From the NCBI RefSeq assembly GCF_009914755.1, contig NC_060947.1: a stretch of DNA of 64,000 nt. One strand, 5' to 3'. The notes beneath the pieces are model-generated. The model had not been told where the DNA came from. It ran no database searches and saw only the letters and a list, made by a program, of their open reading frames with translations. Of the stretch, positions 17,985-34,840 are shown one piece after another. Both the position numbers and the translations under genes were made by a program. Each line of letters opens with the position of its first letter. Position 1 is the first letter of the stretch. This DNA is from the human T2T-CHM13v2.0 reference genome, Homo sapiens.

Positions 17985-18225
17985 TTGTTAAGTCCTTACG
18001 GGGTGCCAGAAAGCAGTCTAAGTCCTGCATGTGAGTTAGCTCATTTCTTCATCATAGCAACCCTGTGAAAAAATTAATATTAGCTCCATTTTACAGATGA
18101 GGAAACTGAGGAATAGGGAGGTCAAGTAACTTGCCTAAGACATCATAAATAGTAAGTGGTAGAGTTAGGATTTAGATCCAGCTAGTTTGGCTCCATAGAC
18201 TGTGCATTTAAGAACTATGCCACAT
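17985..18225 (-). mobile_element. MIR SINE
   Basis: Contains ccattttacagatgaggaaactgaggaatagggaggtcaagtaacttgcc. Confidence 0.85.
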
Positions 18226-18239
18226 TGCCCCTTGCCTCA

Positions 18240-18850
18240 GACGCAGACACTAGCCTCAAAAATTTCACAGTCAATTGGGGGTGAATGTCAAGAAAGCTTA
18301 CAGGAGAGGTACCTAAGGAAGAGCAGAGAGCAGGGAAGTATGCAAGAAGAGTTAGCACCTAAGATGAATCATAAATGATGAATAAGAATTAAACACATGA
18401 AGAGGAAGAAGGGAGAGTGTTTTTGATGGGGGGTTCCAGAAAGGTATAAAGATGAGTACTATGTTATAAGCAGCTTCGTGTTACTAGAGTATGGAAAATG
18501 AGATGAGGAGTGATAGGCTGTGGAGCTAGGGAGGAAAATGGCTAAGGCAGGGAGACTTGCTGCTCTATCTTATAGACATAGGACAGCTATTGACATATTC
18601 TAAAGCAGGGATGTCACAATCAGAGTTGACTTTTAGAAATATCATTCTGGTGGCCCCCTGAAGGTTGTAATTTAGAGGGAGAAGACTACAGATAGGGAGG
18701 GAGACCTATGGGGAAGCTGCTTCATTAATCCAAAAAATAAACAATGATGCGCTGAACTAGAGAAATGGTAATTGGCATCAAATGGAATGGATGGAGTGAA
18801 TAAGTATTTAGGAATTCAAATCAGCAAGACTCATAATCTCAATTAGAGTC
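18240..18850 (-). mobile_element. L2 fragment
   Basis: Purine-rich L2-like sequence (ttttagaaatatcattctgg; aagtatttaggaattcaaatcagcaagact). Confidence 0.55.
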
Positions 18851-20424
18851 TCAGAAACTTGGAGCTGCCAGAAAGATCAAAAGCAAACCATTTCTCTTGA
18901 TAAGTGTCACCTTTCCATTGTTCTGTAAGAAGTGTAAACATCATCATTTCTAAACAGAATTCAAGAATAGCTAGTCTGTTCTTCATTTTCAAAAGCTATG
19001 GCATTGAAATTCTAAATGTAAACAATCTTTATAAAGCCACATTCAGGAATACCAAGTTACTTTAGGAAAAGTAAAAACATCCAGATTAAGTGGCTAAATA
19101 GTATTTATGCATTCCCAGAGACTTGAAAAGAGAATGGATTGAAATGGATATAAGAAATTAACGATGCAGCATGTGGCTGTCTGGATTGCTTTCCATCCTA
19201 ACTGCATGTGGTTTCAAGATAGCAGGAATTAAAACACCATGCCAGGAGAGTTAGCCTTCATTGGAAAATGATCATGGAATCAGAAAGAAGAGACTAAACA
19301 TGGGAAAAATAGAGAATTGTTAATCAGTAATGAAAAAATTTAAACAAATGTTTCCCATCTCAGATATCTTTTATTTGACCAATAGCTATCATTTTTACAC
19401 TCACTAACTCAGTTAAAGATCCTTTGGTTTGCACAATGTGCTCGACTATTTAGAGATCACAACAAAAAAATTGACTATAGCCTTCCACCCTCAACGGATA
19501 TATAATTTCACCAAGGACTTGAAAGGTACACAAATGAAGCAACTAGAAAGTGATATGAGATGAAATACAGCCGAGTGTTGTGGTGAGTATGGGTTTTATG
19601 AAGTCAATGAGAGGAAGGCCCTAGTGTGAGCTGGATGGGTCACTATGAATTTCCAGCAGAGATGCAATGTAAACCCAGGTAAAGTGGGAGAATTAGAGCA
19701 GGGTATGTGAAGTAGAGGCAGCAGCAAGAATTCCAGAGACTGAAAGGCATCTGGCTGCATTGGAAAGATACTGGCCAGAGTAGAGGACACAAAGGCACCT
19801 TTGGATGGGTAAGGTAGGGCCATATTACAGATGACTCTGAACACCAGGTAAACACATTCAGTCTAGGTTTTCGTATTGGTGCAGAAGAATTTCTTTCACA
19901 AACTTTCTATCTCTTTGAAATTCTTATCTAAGAAATGCTTTTCTGAAAACAAAATTACTCATATGGCCATGAAGGACTGAGGATTTCCAAACCAGAGAAG
20001 CTGCAAAATAATTCTCAAGCTCCCTGCACCACAACTCAAACCACAAAATGGGCTGGAGTTGTTCAGTGATTTTAATTTTACATTCATCAGGGGCTGATTA
20101 GTGTTTCAAAGTTCTGTGCAAAGTTTAAAATGCCAGCTCAATTTTTATCAACATTCCATTAGCCCAATTGTTCCCTGGGAGAGTGGCAGATTGTTTTAAG
20201 TCTGAGAAAGACCAGATTTATGGTGAGAACGAGAGGAGGGATTGGAGAACAGTCTAGAGAACCGTTCTGTTTATACATTCAGGTGCACTAATCACATGGC
20301 ACAACACAATGCCCACAGAAAATTCTATCATTTGTCATTTGTCAGTCCTTTACTCTGGAAGATAATTTATAAGTCTCTGACCTCATCTGGGCTACAGGAA
20401 CCTCTGTAGTCCCAAGGCAGGTTG

Positions 20425-21926
20425 TGAGAGGTGACAGCGTGCTGGCAGCCCTCTCAGCCCTCGCTTGTTCTCAGCGCCTCTTCGGCCTTGGCACCCACTC
20501 TGGCCGCGCTTGAGGAGCCCTTCAGCCCGCCGCTGCACTGTGGGAGCCCCTTTCTGGGCTGGCCAAGGCCAGAGCCGGCTCCCTCAGCTTGCGGGAAGGT
20601 GTGAAGGGAGAGGCGCTGGCGGGAACAGGGGCTGTGCACTGCGCTTGCGGGCCAGCGCGAGTTCCGGGTGGGCTTGGGCTCAGCGGCCCTGCCCTCTGAT
20701 CGGCAGGCCAGCCCACTGGCCCGGGGCTTAGCACCTGGGCCAGCAGCTACTGTGCTCGATTTCTCGCAGGGCCTTAGTTGCCTCCCTGTGGGGCAGGGCT
20801 GGGGACCTGCCGCCAGCCATGCCTGAGCCTCCCCGTCCCCCTCCCCCCCTCCCTGCCCCCCGCTGTGGGCTCCTGAGTGGCCGGAGCCTCCCCGACGAGC
20901 GCCGCCCCCTGCTCCACTGCGCTGGGTCCCATCAACCGCCCAAGGGCTGAGGAGTAGGGGCCCGCCTTGCGGGACTAGTGGGCAGCTCCACATGCAGCCC
21001 TGGTGCGGGATCCGCTGGGTGAAGCCAGCTGGGCTCCTGAATCTGGTGGGGACTTGGAGAACCTTTGTGTCTAGCTGAGGGATTGTGGATACATCAATCA
21101 GCACCCTGTGTCTAGCTCAGGGTTTGTGAATGCACCAATCGGCACTCTGTATTTAGTTAATCTGGTGGGGACTTGGAGAGCCTTTATGTCTGGTTAAGGG
21201 ATTGTAAATACACCAATCAGCACTCTGTATCTAGCTCAAGGTTTGTAAACACACCAATCAGCACCCTGTGTCTAGCTCAGGGTTTGTAAATACACCAACT
21301 GACACTCTGTATCTAGCTAATCTAGTGCGTATGTGGAGAACTTTTGTGTCTAGCTCAGGGATTGTAAATGCACCAATCAGCACCCTGTCAAAACGGACCA
21401 CTCAGCTCTCTGTAAAACAGACCAATCAGCTCTCTGTAAAATGGACCAACCAGCAGGATGTGGGTGGGGCCAGAGAAGAGAATAAAAGCAGGCTGCCCCC
21501 AGCCAACAGTGGCAACGCCTCTGGTCCCCTTCCACACTGTGGGAGATTTGTTCTTTCGCTGTTTGCAATAAATCTTGCTACTGCTCACTCTTTGGGTCCA
21601 CACTGCCTTTATGAGCTGTGACACTCACCGTGAAGGTCTGCAGCTTCACTCCTGAAGCCAGCGAGACCACGAACCCACCAGGAGGAACCAACAACTCCAG
21701 AGGCGCTGCCTTAAGAGCTGTAACACTCACAGCGAAGGTCTGCAACTTCACTCCTGAGCCAGTGAGACCACGAACCCACCAGAAGGAAGAAACTCCGAAC
21801 ACATCCGAACATCAGAAGGAACAAACTCCGGACACACTGCCTTTAAGAACTGTAACACTCACCAGGAGGGTCCGCGGCTTCATTCTTGAAGTCAGTGAGA
21901 CCAAGAACCCACCAATTCTGGACACA
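20425..21926 (+). mobile_element. Solo ERV9 LTR (LTR12C/E-like)
   Basis: Starts TGAGAGGTGACAGCGTGCTGGCAG and ends CCAATTCTGGACACA. 4-bp TSD GTTG at 20421-24 and 21927-30. Tandem U3 and U5 repeats present. Confidence 0.96.
21040..21572 (+). promoter_or_regulatory. LTR12 U3 enhancer/promoter repeats (CCAAT/NF-Y), TATA-like box and poly(A) signal
   Basis: Repeated caccaatc(a/g)gcac and tctagctcagg units; AATAAAAG at 21481; AATAAA at 21567-21572. Confidence 0.75.
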
Positions 21927-24900
21927 GTTGCATCTGGCAGGAAGTATAGAAGGGCAGAGCAGAGGATAGATAACTTCTGGTCTCTGAGAAGTACTTACTA
22001 GCCTTGCATCCCAGCACCATTTTTATGTACCTTCGCACTCCTCACACCCCACAGCATGACTGCCTACCTAGGACTCCAATACTTCCCACTAGTAACTCAC
22101 TAGTCTCCACCCCTCAACTATCTATATTTGTGGTATCCACCATACCCCACCTACTTGGCTGGGTTCCAGGTCTAGCCTAGCCTTGATTTTATTACCAACA
22201 ATCTCCCTAAAATTCAAAGTTAGCTCCTCAATGGGCAAGAGAGATCTTCTATTCAAACCTCTTTCATTATAAGTCTATAGACATGTCTGATCCAAAAAAA
22301 AAAGATTCCATGAGAAGGCAGCCAAGGCTATATCAGAGCATGTACCTTTTTCCAAGCCCAACCTTAAAGAGGTACCCTGAGGAGTTGAACCTTGCAGCTA
22401 TTTAAATAATTATAATATGTATTTGTATTTACAATAAAGTCTAATCCAATCCTAACTCTTCAGACAGCTCCTTTTAGCAAGAGCTTAATATTAGCCTGTG
22501 CTATAAGAATATATAATCCCTGCAAATGGCCAATTTCATATTGGGGTGAATGTAATAAAAAGTAAATGTTAAAAAAATTAAGTAAATGTGAAGTATTTGG
22601 TATTTTCATACAAAAAGACAGTACTGAGGCGTCTCGAAGCAAGATGGACTATTAAAGGTGCAGAGAAGTAAGAGTCATTGAAAAGGGGATGTGATCATTG
22701 TAGCAGAAATGTAACAGATCTACAAGCTGGACCTGGAAAACCTATACTACCATGGGATGTGCTGGAGAAGGCTGAGGGGCCCTTGAATGAATCAGTATTT
22801 AGGAAGGAAATGGCATCCTGGGAAAAAAAATCCTACGCACATTCCTTCCAATTCTCGGCCTCCAATTTTAAACTAGCATTGAAAACACACTTGAGGAAGT
22901 ATTGTATTTGGAGAATTTTGGGAGAATGAGGACTGCCTTAGAGCTCCATTTTACCATAGCTTATAACATCAGTATTTTTAAAATCTTCCACTGTATTTAC
23001 TCTCCTTTAAAATACACAGGGTCTTCCCCTCCCCCTCTCCCAAGTGGTTTGGTAATAGTTGTTTGCAATATCCACAAGTGGCAGCTATAATCAGTGAAAT
23101 TGCTGGAACTTTTGCTTTGCTGATTCAGCAGATGTGCTTAAGATCTATAAAAATATAATGATCTCCTGTAAATAGTCAGGGCTGGCAGTTCCAAAAGAAA
23201 TAAAAATAAAGGTATAATCATTAATCATTTTCATATGCATTACTTGGAAGGGGGTGGAAATCAACTGATAAATTACCACAGGCAAATGCTATGCTAACAA
23301 ACTAAACCAGATACCTGATATATTTGAAAGAAATGTTTGAATTGCCAGTGACTCAGGGATGCTCCCTGATAAGAACAACGGGTACCACATGAGGCAGCTT
23401 CCAAGTGATTCATTGCTGAGACAACTGGCAATGCATTATATTTTTGAGGAAAATAAAAGTATTTGCTAAGGGTATGAATTTTCTTAGAGTCTAAAGCTTG
23501 GTATACAAAAATCAAAAGAATTTGCCAACTTTAGCAGTTTTAACAAGATCTAGGAAAATACATATCAACATCTTGACTTTATAAAAATGTTGATAGCTGT
23601 TTATGGAAGATTTTTCTGTGTCCTTGAAATTTCTTTATTTGCAGACTCAAAAAAGAGGATCAGTTTAAATATGTGAGCCCCTGTGTCACAAATGCTAATG
23701 ATAAAATCTTCAGCACTTGTGGTAAAAACCATTTCTAATCATCGTCTTTCCTATTAAAAATGTAAATGGGGAAGAATAAAATTACAAACACTGATGAACA
23801 GAGAACTCAATTCCACTTTCACATGTAAGTATAGAAATCCCATCTTGCACAGCATTTTCATGAGAGAGAGAGATTTTGTTTTTTACCCCCACCCAAGCCA
23901 CACAGTCAGGGACCAATGAAACCATCACTCAGTCACTGGCAACTTTGATTTTAAAAGCATAGCTAATTGCACTTACAGGTGTATAGCACCCAGGGTGTGC
24001 TAGCTGCAGGATCAGAGCTGTCACTAGCTGAAAATATTATACTTCTAATGGTCTTAATCTTTTGGTTGTAAATTAGAGGAGACTCATTTAGTGTGTATAA
24101 AAATTACTCACCAAATTTTTAAAAATTCTTGCTAGAGTTTTGGGTAATAACATCAAGAAAAGGTAACCTGGCCAAATATCAGACTGTGCTGTAGAAAAAA
24201 ATTAATCATGACATGTCATGTTAATTATGCAGAAAGAATGTAAACAAGCACAATAAGTAATCACATCTGATTTAAGGTTTATGCACAATTCCCATGACCT
24301 CCATCTCCATTTTTTGCAGACAAACAGACTAAAACCATGAAAATGAAATTTTAAAGAGGAGAATATGTGATTATTCCAGGTGTAAGAGAATTTAATCCAA
24401 TAATTATTACACTGTTAGCCTCTGACCCTGTAAGTGTGCTTAAAGTATCATGTGGTACCCATGAGGTATCTAGTGGAACGTGGTTTTTATTCTAGCCTAG
24501 CAATTGTAAAGAGACCTTATCTTGCTTTTGAGGAGATAGTGCGCTGAACCTTCAAATGGCTGAGCAGGACCAGGAATAGAATTCAGGGATTCGGCCACAG
24601 CCTCAAGGAAAATAGTATTCTTCACTTCATGAGGGAAAAAAAATGTCTCTATGAAATGAGGAAGCAAGGAGAATTAGGGAAATTCTTGGGGAAAATAATT
24701 AATGTAAACATTGTATTTTTTACTTTCTAATTATTCCAAATGTCTTTTCGTTGTCAAATATATTCAATGTCTTTGTATGAAGGGGTAAAAAAAGATTTCC
24801 AGAATTATATGCAGTACAGCATGTAATTTTTAAAGCTTATATGCTGCTCAGAGGTGCCTTGAGTCCCCTTCACTCAAAGAAACTAAGAGTTCTTCGTTTC

Positions 24901-25344
24901 ACTGTCTCCCACATCATTTGGGTTAGAGATTTTCTCTTTAAAAACAGGGTCATGGATTTGTATATCTCTGCCCATAGGGAACTCCTTCGTACTTTTTGCA
25001 GATCTCTCCAAACAGACTACCTGGCATCTGGCTGCCTCACGGGCAAACCTGTAGATTCAGAGCATTCGTGGCTGAATAACTATTGCCTGGGTATAAGTAT
25101 ATTCCATGTAGCATTAACATTTTCATACCAGTAAATTGACCCTGTTGGTCTCCCTGACTGCACTCCTTTCCAAGAGATGTTAACTTGGACACTAAATTTG
25201 ACCCTTTGCTGCCATGTTATGTGAGTACTGCCTATCGTGCTTCATAAAATGAGTTCTTTTGTGAGAAATATCCCTCCCTCTAACTGCCTGTGTGTTCTAT
25301 ATGGAGTATTTTTCCACGAAGTCTACAAAGTCAGACATATCTGT

Positions 25345-26290
25345 TGTGCTGGGATAAATGGATATCCACATGCAAAAGAATGAAGTTGGACCTTTCCCTT
25401 ATATCATATACAAAATGTATCTCAAAACAGATCAAAGACCTAAATCCAAAAGCCAAAACTACAGAATTCTTAGAAGAAAACATAGGAGTAAATATGTATA
25501 ACCTTGGATTTGGCAACATATCCTCAGATATGACACCAAAAGAACAAGGAACAAAAGAGAACATAAACAAATTGGACTTCATAAAAACTAAAATATTTTG
25601 GCCATCACTCAATACCATCCAGGAAATGAAAAGAAAACTGACAGAATGGTAGAAAATATTTTCAAATCATGTTTTATAGACAACAATATGTATTGGTGAA
25701 GATGTGAAACTATTAGAACCCTCGTACATCACTGACGTACATGTACAGTGGTACAGAATCTATAAAACACAGTTTGGCAGTCCCTCATAAAGTTAAACAC
25801 AGAGTTAGCATAGGACTCAGCAATTTCATACCTGCTTATACACCGAGGAGAATTAAAGACATATGTCCCCATAAAAACTTGGGCAGGAATGTTCATAGCA
25901 GCACTGTTTATAATAGCCAAAAAGTAAAAACAATCCAAATGTTCATTAACTTATGAGTGTATTAACAAAATGTACGATGAAATATCATTTAGTCATAAAA
26001 AGGAATGAAATACTGATAGATGCTACAACATGGATGAACCTTGAAAAAATTATGCTGAGTGAAGGAAGCCAGACACAAAAGACCACATATTGTATGATTG
26101 CATTTCTATGAAATGTTCAGAATAGGCAAATCCACAGAGACAGAAAGTACATTAGTGTTTGCCAGAGGCTGGGAAATTGTGGGAAAATGAAGAATGGTGG
26201 TGGTTGCATAACTCTGAATATACTAAAAAACATTTAATTGTATACTTTAAGTGGATGAATTATATGATATCTGAATTATATATCAATATA
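25345..26290 (+). mobile_element. L1MB-type ORF2 end and 3' UTR, internally deleted
   Basis: Translates as CWDKWISTCKRMKLD...EENIGVN..., followed by an L1M 3' UTR. Confidence 0.85.
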
Positions 26291-26719
26291 GTTAATTTGA
26301 TTTGTATGTGTGTTGAATTAGTTATTCCCTGGCCCTATGTGATGATCAGAAACATTTGCCCCAGTAGTAGAACTCAGTTTTCTCACGTAGAAATGTTTCA
26401 TGACAAGACAATACAATATTCCTTTGGACATAATACCATTGTTGGATACATATGGTTAATTAGAGTATTTTCACCCATGACAATACCATGACCTCAGGGC
26501 CTCTACCTCTCCATAACCTCTACTATCTTCTCAACTGAGTCCTTTAAGATGGAGAATATTATATACTCATGGTGCTTTCTTGGGGGCATTGACAAACATT
26601 CATTGTTGGAAATGAAAGAAAAGAATCTCCTATGCAGCTCCTAAACCTAAGTGGCAGAAGAAAGGATGTTCCTCCCCCAACACACCTCCTTCACAATTGT
26701 GAAAGAAACTGTGCAAAAT

Positions 26720-27513
26720 TATTTTATATTTGTTCACCCAGATATACTCTCTAGCCTTTCCTACATTACTCTTTGCTGACAGGATGACCTTTATGGATTA
26801 CATCAAATGGTCTCCCTTGCCTTCTGGTTTCCTATTGAGTATGGCCAACGGGAGACCCTAGCAGAAAACTTGACTCTCTTCCTGCCAGGCAGTGAGTTAG
26901 CAGTGTGTATTTGTCCATTTTTATACTACTATGAAGAAATAGCTGAGACTGGGTAATTTATAAAGAAAAAGAGGTATAATTGACTCACAGTTCCACATGG
27001 CTGGGGAAGCCTCACAATCATGATGGAAGGCAAAGGCCTGTCTTACATGGCAACAGGCAAGAGAGTGTGTGCAGGGGAACTGACCTTTATAAGACCATCA
27101 GATCTCATGAGACTTACTCACTATCACGAGAACAGCATAGGAAAGACCTTGTTCCCATGATTCTATTACCTCCCACCAGGTCCCTCCCATGACATGTGGG
27201 GATTATGGCAGCTACAATTCAAGATGAGATTTGGGTGGGGACACAGCCAAACCATATCACAGTGACTGTGTGGCCACAACTCCTATCAGGTAGCCCTCTC
27301 CTCCAGGTAGAGCTCCTGCAGTGTTTCAGCAGTGATTCTCTCTCCAAAATCTTTTAGGCCTAGAAGTAGAAGCAGCTCTTTGGGGGTGCGTTTCACTATC
27401 TTTGTTTTCCTTAATCTTGCATGCCACCGTTTTAATAAGGCCTTTCATGAAATTCCCTTCAAGCACCCCTTTGGATGTACCACTTGCTTCCTGCTGGGAC
27501 TCTAAAGGATACA
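26720..27513 (-). mobile_element. LTR33-like ERVL LTR, split by THE1
   Basis: Contains ctcccttgccttctggtttcctattgagtatggccaa and ends ttcctgctgggactctaaaggataca. Confidence 0.55.
26906..27259 (-). mobile_element. THE1 (C/D-like) MaLR solo LTR
   Basis: Reverse strand starts TGATATGGTTTGGCTGTGTCCCC. 354 bp long, with a perfect 5-bp TSD CAGTG at 26901-05 and 27260-64. Confidence 0.92.
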
Positions 27514-28822
27514 GAATATTTTCCTTCTGTAGGTCTAGAACAGGTAGTCAGGTTATAGTGATCTCAATAATGAAAAATGGAAATGCTTTGTACATTTCTC
27601 ACATTTTTTTTTCAGCAATTCCATCATACTTGGCTGTCACAGATTATTAAACCTCTAACTTGCTTAGAGCAATGTAGTTCAGGTCACTTAGGCCACTTAA
27701 CTAGTAGGTTCCTTTTCATTTTAAGAAGGTCCCAATGATGCCTTTTGTGGAGGCTCTGGTTAAATCTTCCTGCAAAATGAAAGCCCACCTCCATCTGAAA
27801 ATGGCTGTTTGTAAAGCCCAATGCCCACTTCGGCTGTAATTAATCACTACTGTTAGGGAAAAATTACACAATTGCTAAGGTAGGGACTTTGCTGCTGTCC
27901 TTGCCTAGATGTATGAATTTAGTATGCACTACTTCCTTACACACAAAAATATATGCTCTTATACCAGCTATCTCTAAACCCCTGTCTTTCATGCCAACAG
28001 TTACTTCCGTTACCTATTTTATTTTCTGGTTTGTAACTTGGATTTTTAAACTCTGTTCATTGTGGGATTTTATTAGTGTACCCTAGCACCATTACTTCAG
28101 GCACACTAATGTTCTGTTAATTAGATTTCCCCCTGCCTTGTCCTTGTTTATAAAACCTCCCACAGAAGTTGTTTGTAACCATTATTCTTAACAAGAGAAT
28201 TCAAACCAAGAAATTACATGATTCACCACATTTTAGAACATTTTCTCGCCTCTAAAAAAATGCCATCAGATCTTCATTTTGCAAATTAATTGTACCTGTA
28301 CTTAATGTTATAGAAAGAGTAGGAACATGAACATAAAGTTGGCATTTAGACATTTTCTTCTCGAGAAGAAATACTATAGAAGAAAAGTTTTGCTAGCCTG
28401 ATACTTTCATCCATCTGGCCTTCGGTGAGCCCAAACTTGCAGTCTTTCATGCAACCCACGTCCCTTACACAATTTCTCTCCTTTCCTAGCTCTCTTATTA
28501 TGTCAGAATGCAATCTATTTTACCAAGCTTCCATTTATTTTGAAAAATAATTTCAGTGGTATACCTTTCCAGTCCTCCAAAGCACTACATGAAGCTCTCT
28601 TCAGTGCCCCCAAACTTCTCACCATTTACCTTTCCTCCATCAGCCCCTCAAGTATACCATGTGTATCTTCTATTGTTCACACATAAAAGAGGTCCAATAG
28701 ACCAAAAGGTATTAGAGACTACAAGTGCCACATCTTCCAGGAGGGTCATTGGATTTCAAAAGATGACCACAGGAAAAGAGCCACATGTGACTAAAAGGAA
28801 TCAATTGTAGCAGTAGAGTTTC

Positions 28823-29067
28823 TTTTTTTTTTAATTTTGAATAACATTTCAGTAACACAGTATTATTTTCAAAAAGATTTAGTAGTGGAGTTTAGTGAGA
28901 ACTCTTCATGTAACAGTTAAAGTATAAATTATTATTGCAAATATTTTTTCCATATCACTAAACATGACCGTTTAATGACATTATTTGATAAAGTTTAACT
29001 CCATTTAGTGGAGATCTAAACCTAAATTTAAATTAGGAAATCCTGCTATAATCTCTCATTCCATTCC
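28823..29067 (-). other. Putative L1 3'-transduced segment with a second poly(A)
   Basis: Non-L1 sequence lying between the L1 tail and a T10 run that abuts the left TSD copy. Confidence 0.75.
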
Positions 29068-32677
<3,610 letters not shown>

Positions 32678-33429
32678 TAGGTAGTGCTGACTTGGCTTAC
32701 TAGTTAGCTGGCTGTGTTTGAGGTAGAAAAGAGGGATAAAGGATGAGTCACCTAATCATTTCCTAATACTTATTCAATTTGATCAATTTAAAAAAGAGAG
32801 ATAATAAATTATTTTTTCCCATTAAAAAGATTTAAAATATCAGTTCTTGAATCCAGTTATAGAAACCATTGCTTCAAAGTTATAATAATTCTCTATTCAC
32901 TAATATAAGAACACTGTATTTACAAAAAGAAGAAAGATGAAATTTTAATCCAAACCAGAAGAAAGTCCTTCTTGCCATTTTCATTCACAAAAATTACTGG
33001 TGTTGAAGAAATAACAACATAGGTGCCTTTAATAAAGCTTTCTTTGCTATTAACAATACATTAGTTTTCTTCAGAGATATAATACTGGAGCAATAAAAGC
33101 CACAACAGGCCAGCTGTATAAAAAAGCAATAGTGTACAACATATTCTATTATGAACCATAGCTGGCACAAAGGTTTCGTTCTGAGAGAGCTCATCCCTGC
33201 AATAATGCTTGATTTTTCCCTTAGCATTTGTTTTGCTTACTCTAGTGGCTAAAGTCTAGCCTAACATTTCTATTTCTACTTTAAAAAGTCTTTATGATTC
33301 TTCTTTGGGCAATAATGGTTGAATAATATTAGATATCATCAAACAGGTTACTTGTTGACTCAAGAATCAACGAGGGTTAGATAATAGATAGTTTTATTTT
33401 TACTACTGTAGTAATAATTCCTAGAAGGC

Positions 33430-33735
33430 TGGTAACACAAAATAAAATGATAGGTATACATTCAACTATATCAGTAATCACAATAAATGTAAGTGATTAG
33501 ATGCTCCAATTGAAAGACAAAAATTTTAAGATTGGAAAAACAATAACAATTTATTCAAGTCTATGCCGTGTACAGGAAACAGGCACAACATAGGGATCTA
33601 AAAACAGTGAAAATAAAAGGATGGAAAAAACACATAGCAGACAGCTTCTACACAAAATTAAGAGGGTGTATGTACATTAATATAGGCAAAACAAACCATA
33701 CAGCAAAAAGCATTCATAGAGATAAAGAAGATCAA
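33430..33735 (+). mobile_element. Old L1M ORF2 5' (endonuclease) fragment
   Basis: Contains atatcagtaatcacaataaatgtaagt...gctccaattgaaagaca...aaaataaaaggatggaaaaa. Confidence 0.7.
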
Positions 33736-34776
33736 TCCTCAAGTTTATTTTTTGGGAAATGCTTTAGGGTGAACACTGTCTGCAGCTTTGCTTACCTTTC
33801 TGAGTTCCAACTCTTACTTATTTTGTGGCATAAGAAATACATTTTTTGCATGTCATTGATGCATTTACATTTACAGTTTTTTAAATATATTTGGTACAAG
33901 ATTTTACTTGTTTCCAACAGGAGAACTGAGCTCAGTGCCTAATCTGCCATACATAGTCTATATTGAGTTTTTCATACAGTTCAGTTTATTTAATTTGAAG
34001 GACTATGTTTAGTCTGAAATCATGTCTTTTATATATCCTTTTTTGTAATGACAGGATAAGTAATAATTGTTTCTTTAAACACTGGCAACTCATGTTAATC
34101 CCTGTCCCCATCGCCTTCATTTTTAAAATAAAATTTCACAGGTCTCATAAATCCAAGTCTGCAAGCCACTGCCTTAAGAGATAACCAGTTCTGGAGGACT
34201 GGTTTGAGTGGTAGGATGCTTTTTGTAAGACTGGAGGTGGCAATGTGAGGTTGTTACAGACAGCTGAGTCCATTTCACAGTAGCATTTTAAGAACGTTTT
34301 CTTTCAACCCTGAAGCCAGTATAGGATAATTAAATCCATATGTTTCTGATATGTTAACTCACTCATCAAACTGACTCTGCCAAGAGGCTGAATGTCCAAG
34401 CAAATCTTATATTTTGTGTATATTTAAATGAAAGTTACAGTACTTTTCTGAAGTGGGAACTCAAGTTTTATAAACATTAAGCACGAGATAAATCTCAAGT
34501 TTTCTAATTTGAAGATAAGCATATTAGAATTTATTGACATTTTTCTCAGGCCTATGTTATTCTTTGTAATGAAGCCAATACACAAACAATAACAAAAGGA
34601 CTTAAAATAGGCTTCCCCCATGATGAATATAATCAAAATTCAAGTTATGTATATCAGAAACCTTTCTGTTGCTGATTAGTTTAGTTCAGTCAAAAAGAAG
34701 AGAATATATAGATAATTATGGATGAATTTCAATTAACATGAAGTATGATGGGGGATGTGGTTTCTTCGGTAAACAG

Positions 34777-34840
34777 ACTTGATAGGTTTGAGAATCTCTG
34801 TAATAAAAACTTGATAGGTTTGAGAATCTCTGTAATAAAA
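34777..34840. repeat. Perfect 32-bp tandem duplication
   Basis: acttgataggtttgagaatctctgtaataaaa occurs twice in tandem. Confidence 0.97.

Noticed and set aside
21040-21900. Regularly spaced repeats resembling a CRISPR array
   Set aside because: These are the known LTR12 U3/U5 tandem repeats in a primate genome, with no unique spacers and no cas genes.
20454-22001. ORFs of 60-216 aa
   Set aside because: They lie essentially within GC-rich LTR12 sequence and show no protein motifs.
23071-23086. CTCF-like motif ccacaagtggcagc
   Set aside because: The spacing is one base short of the consensus core.
24207-24220. 14-bp perfect palindrome catgacatgtcatg
   Set aside because: A few of these are expected by chance in 64 kb, and there is no supporting context.
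24841-25340. Possible exon or ORF in unique-looking DNA
   Set aside because: No recognisable protein on either strand and no convincing splice-site pair.
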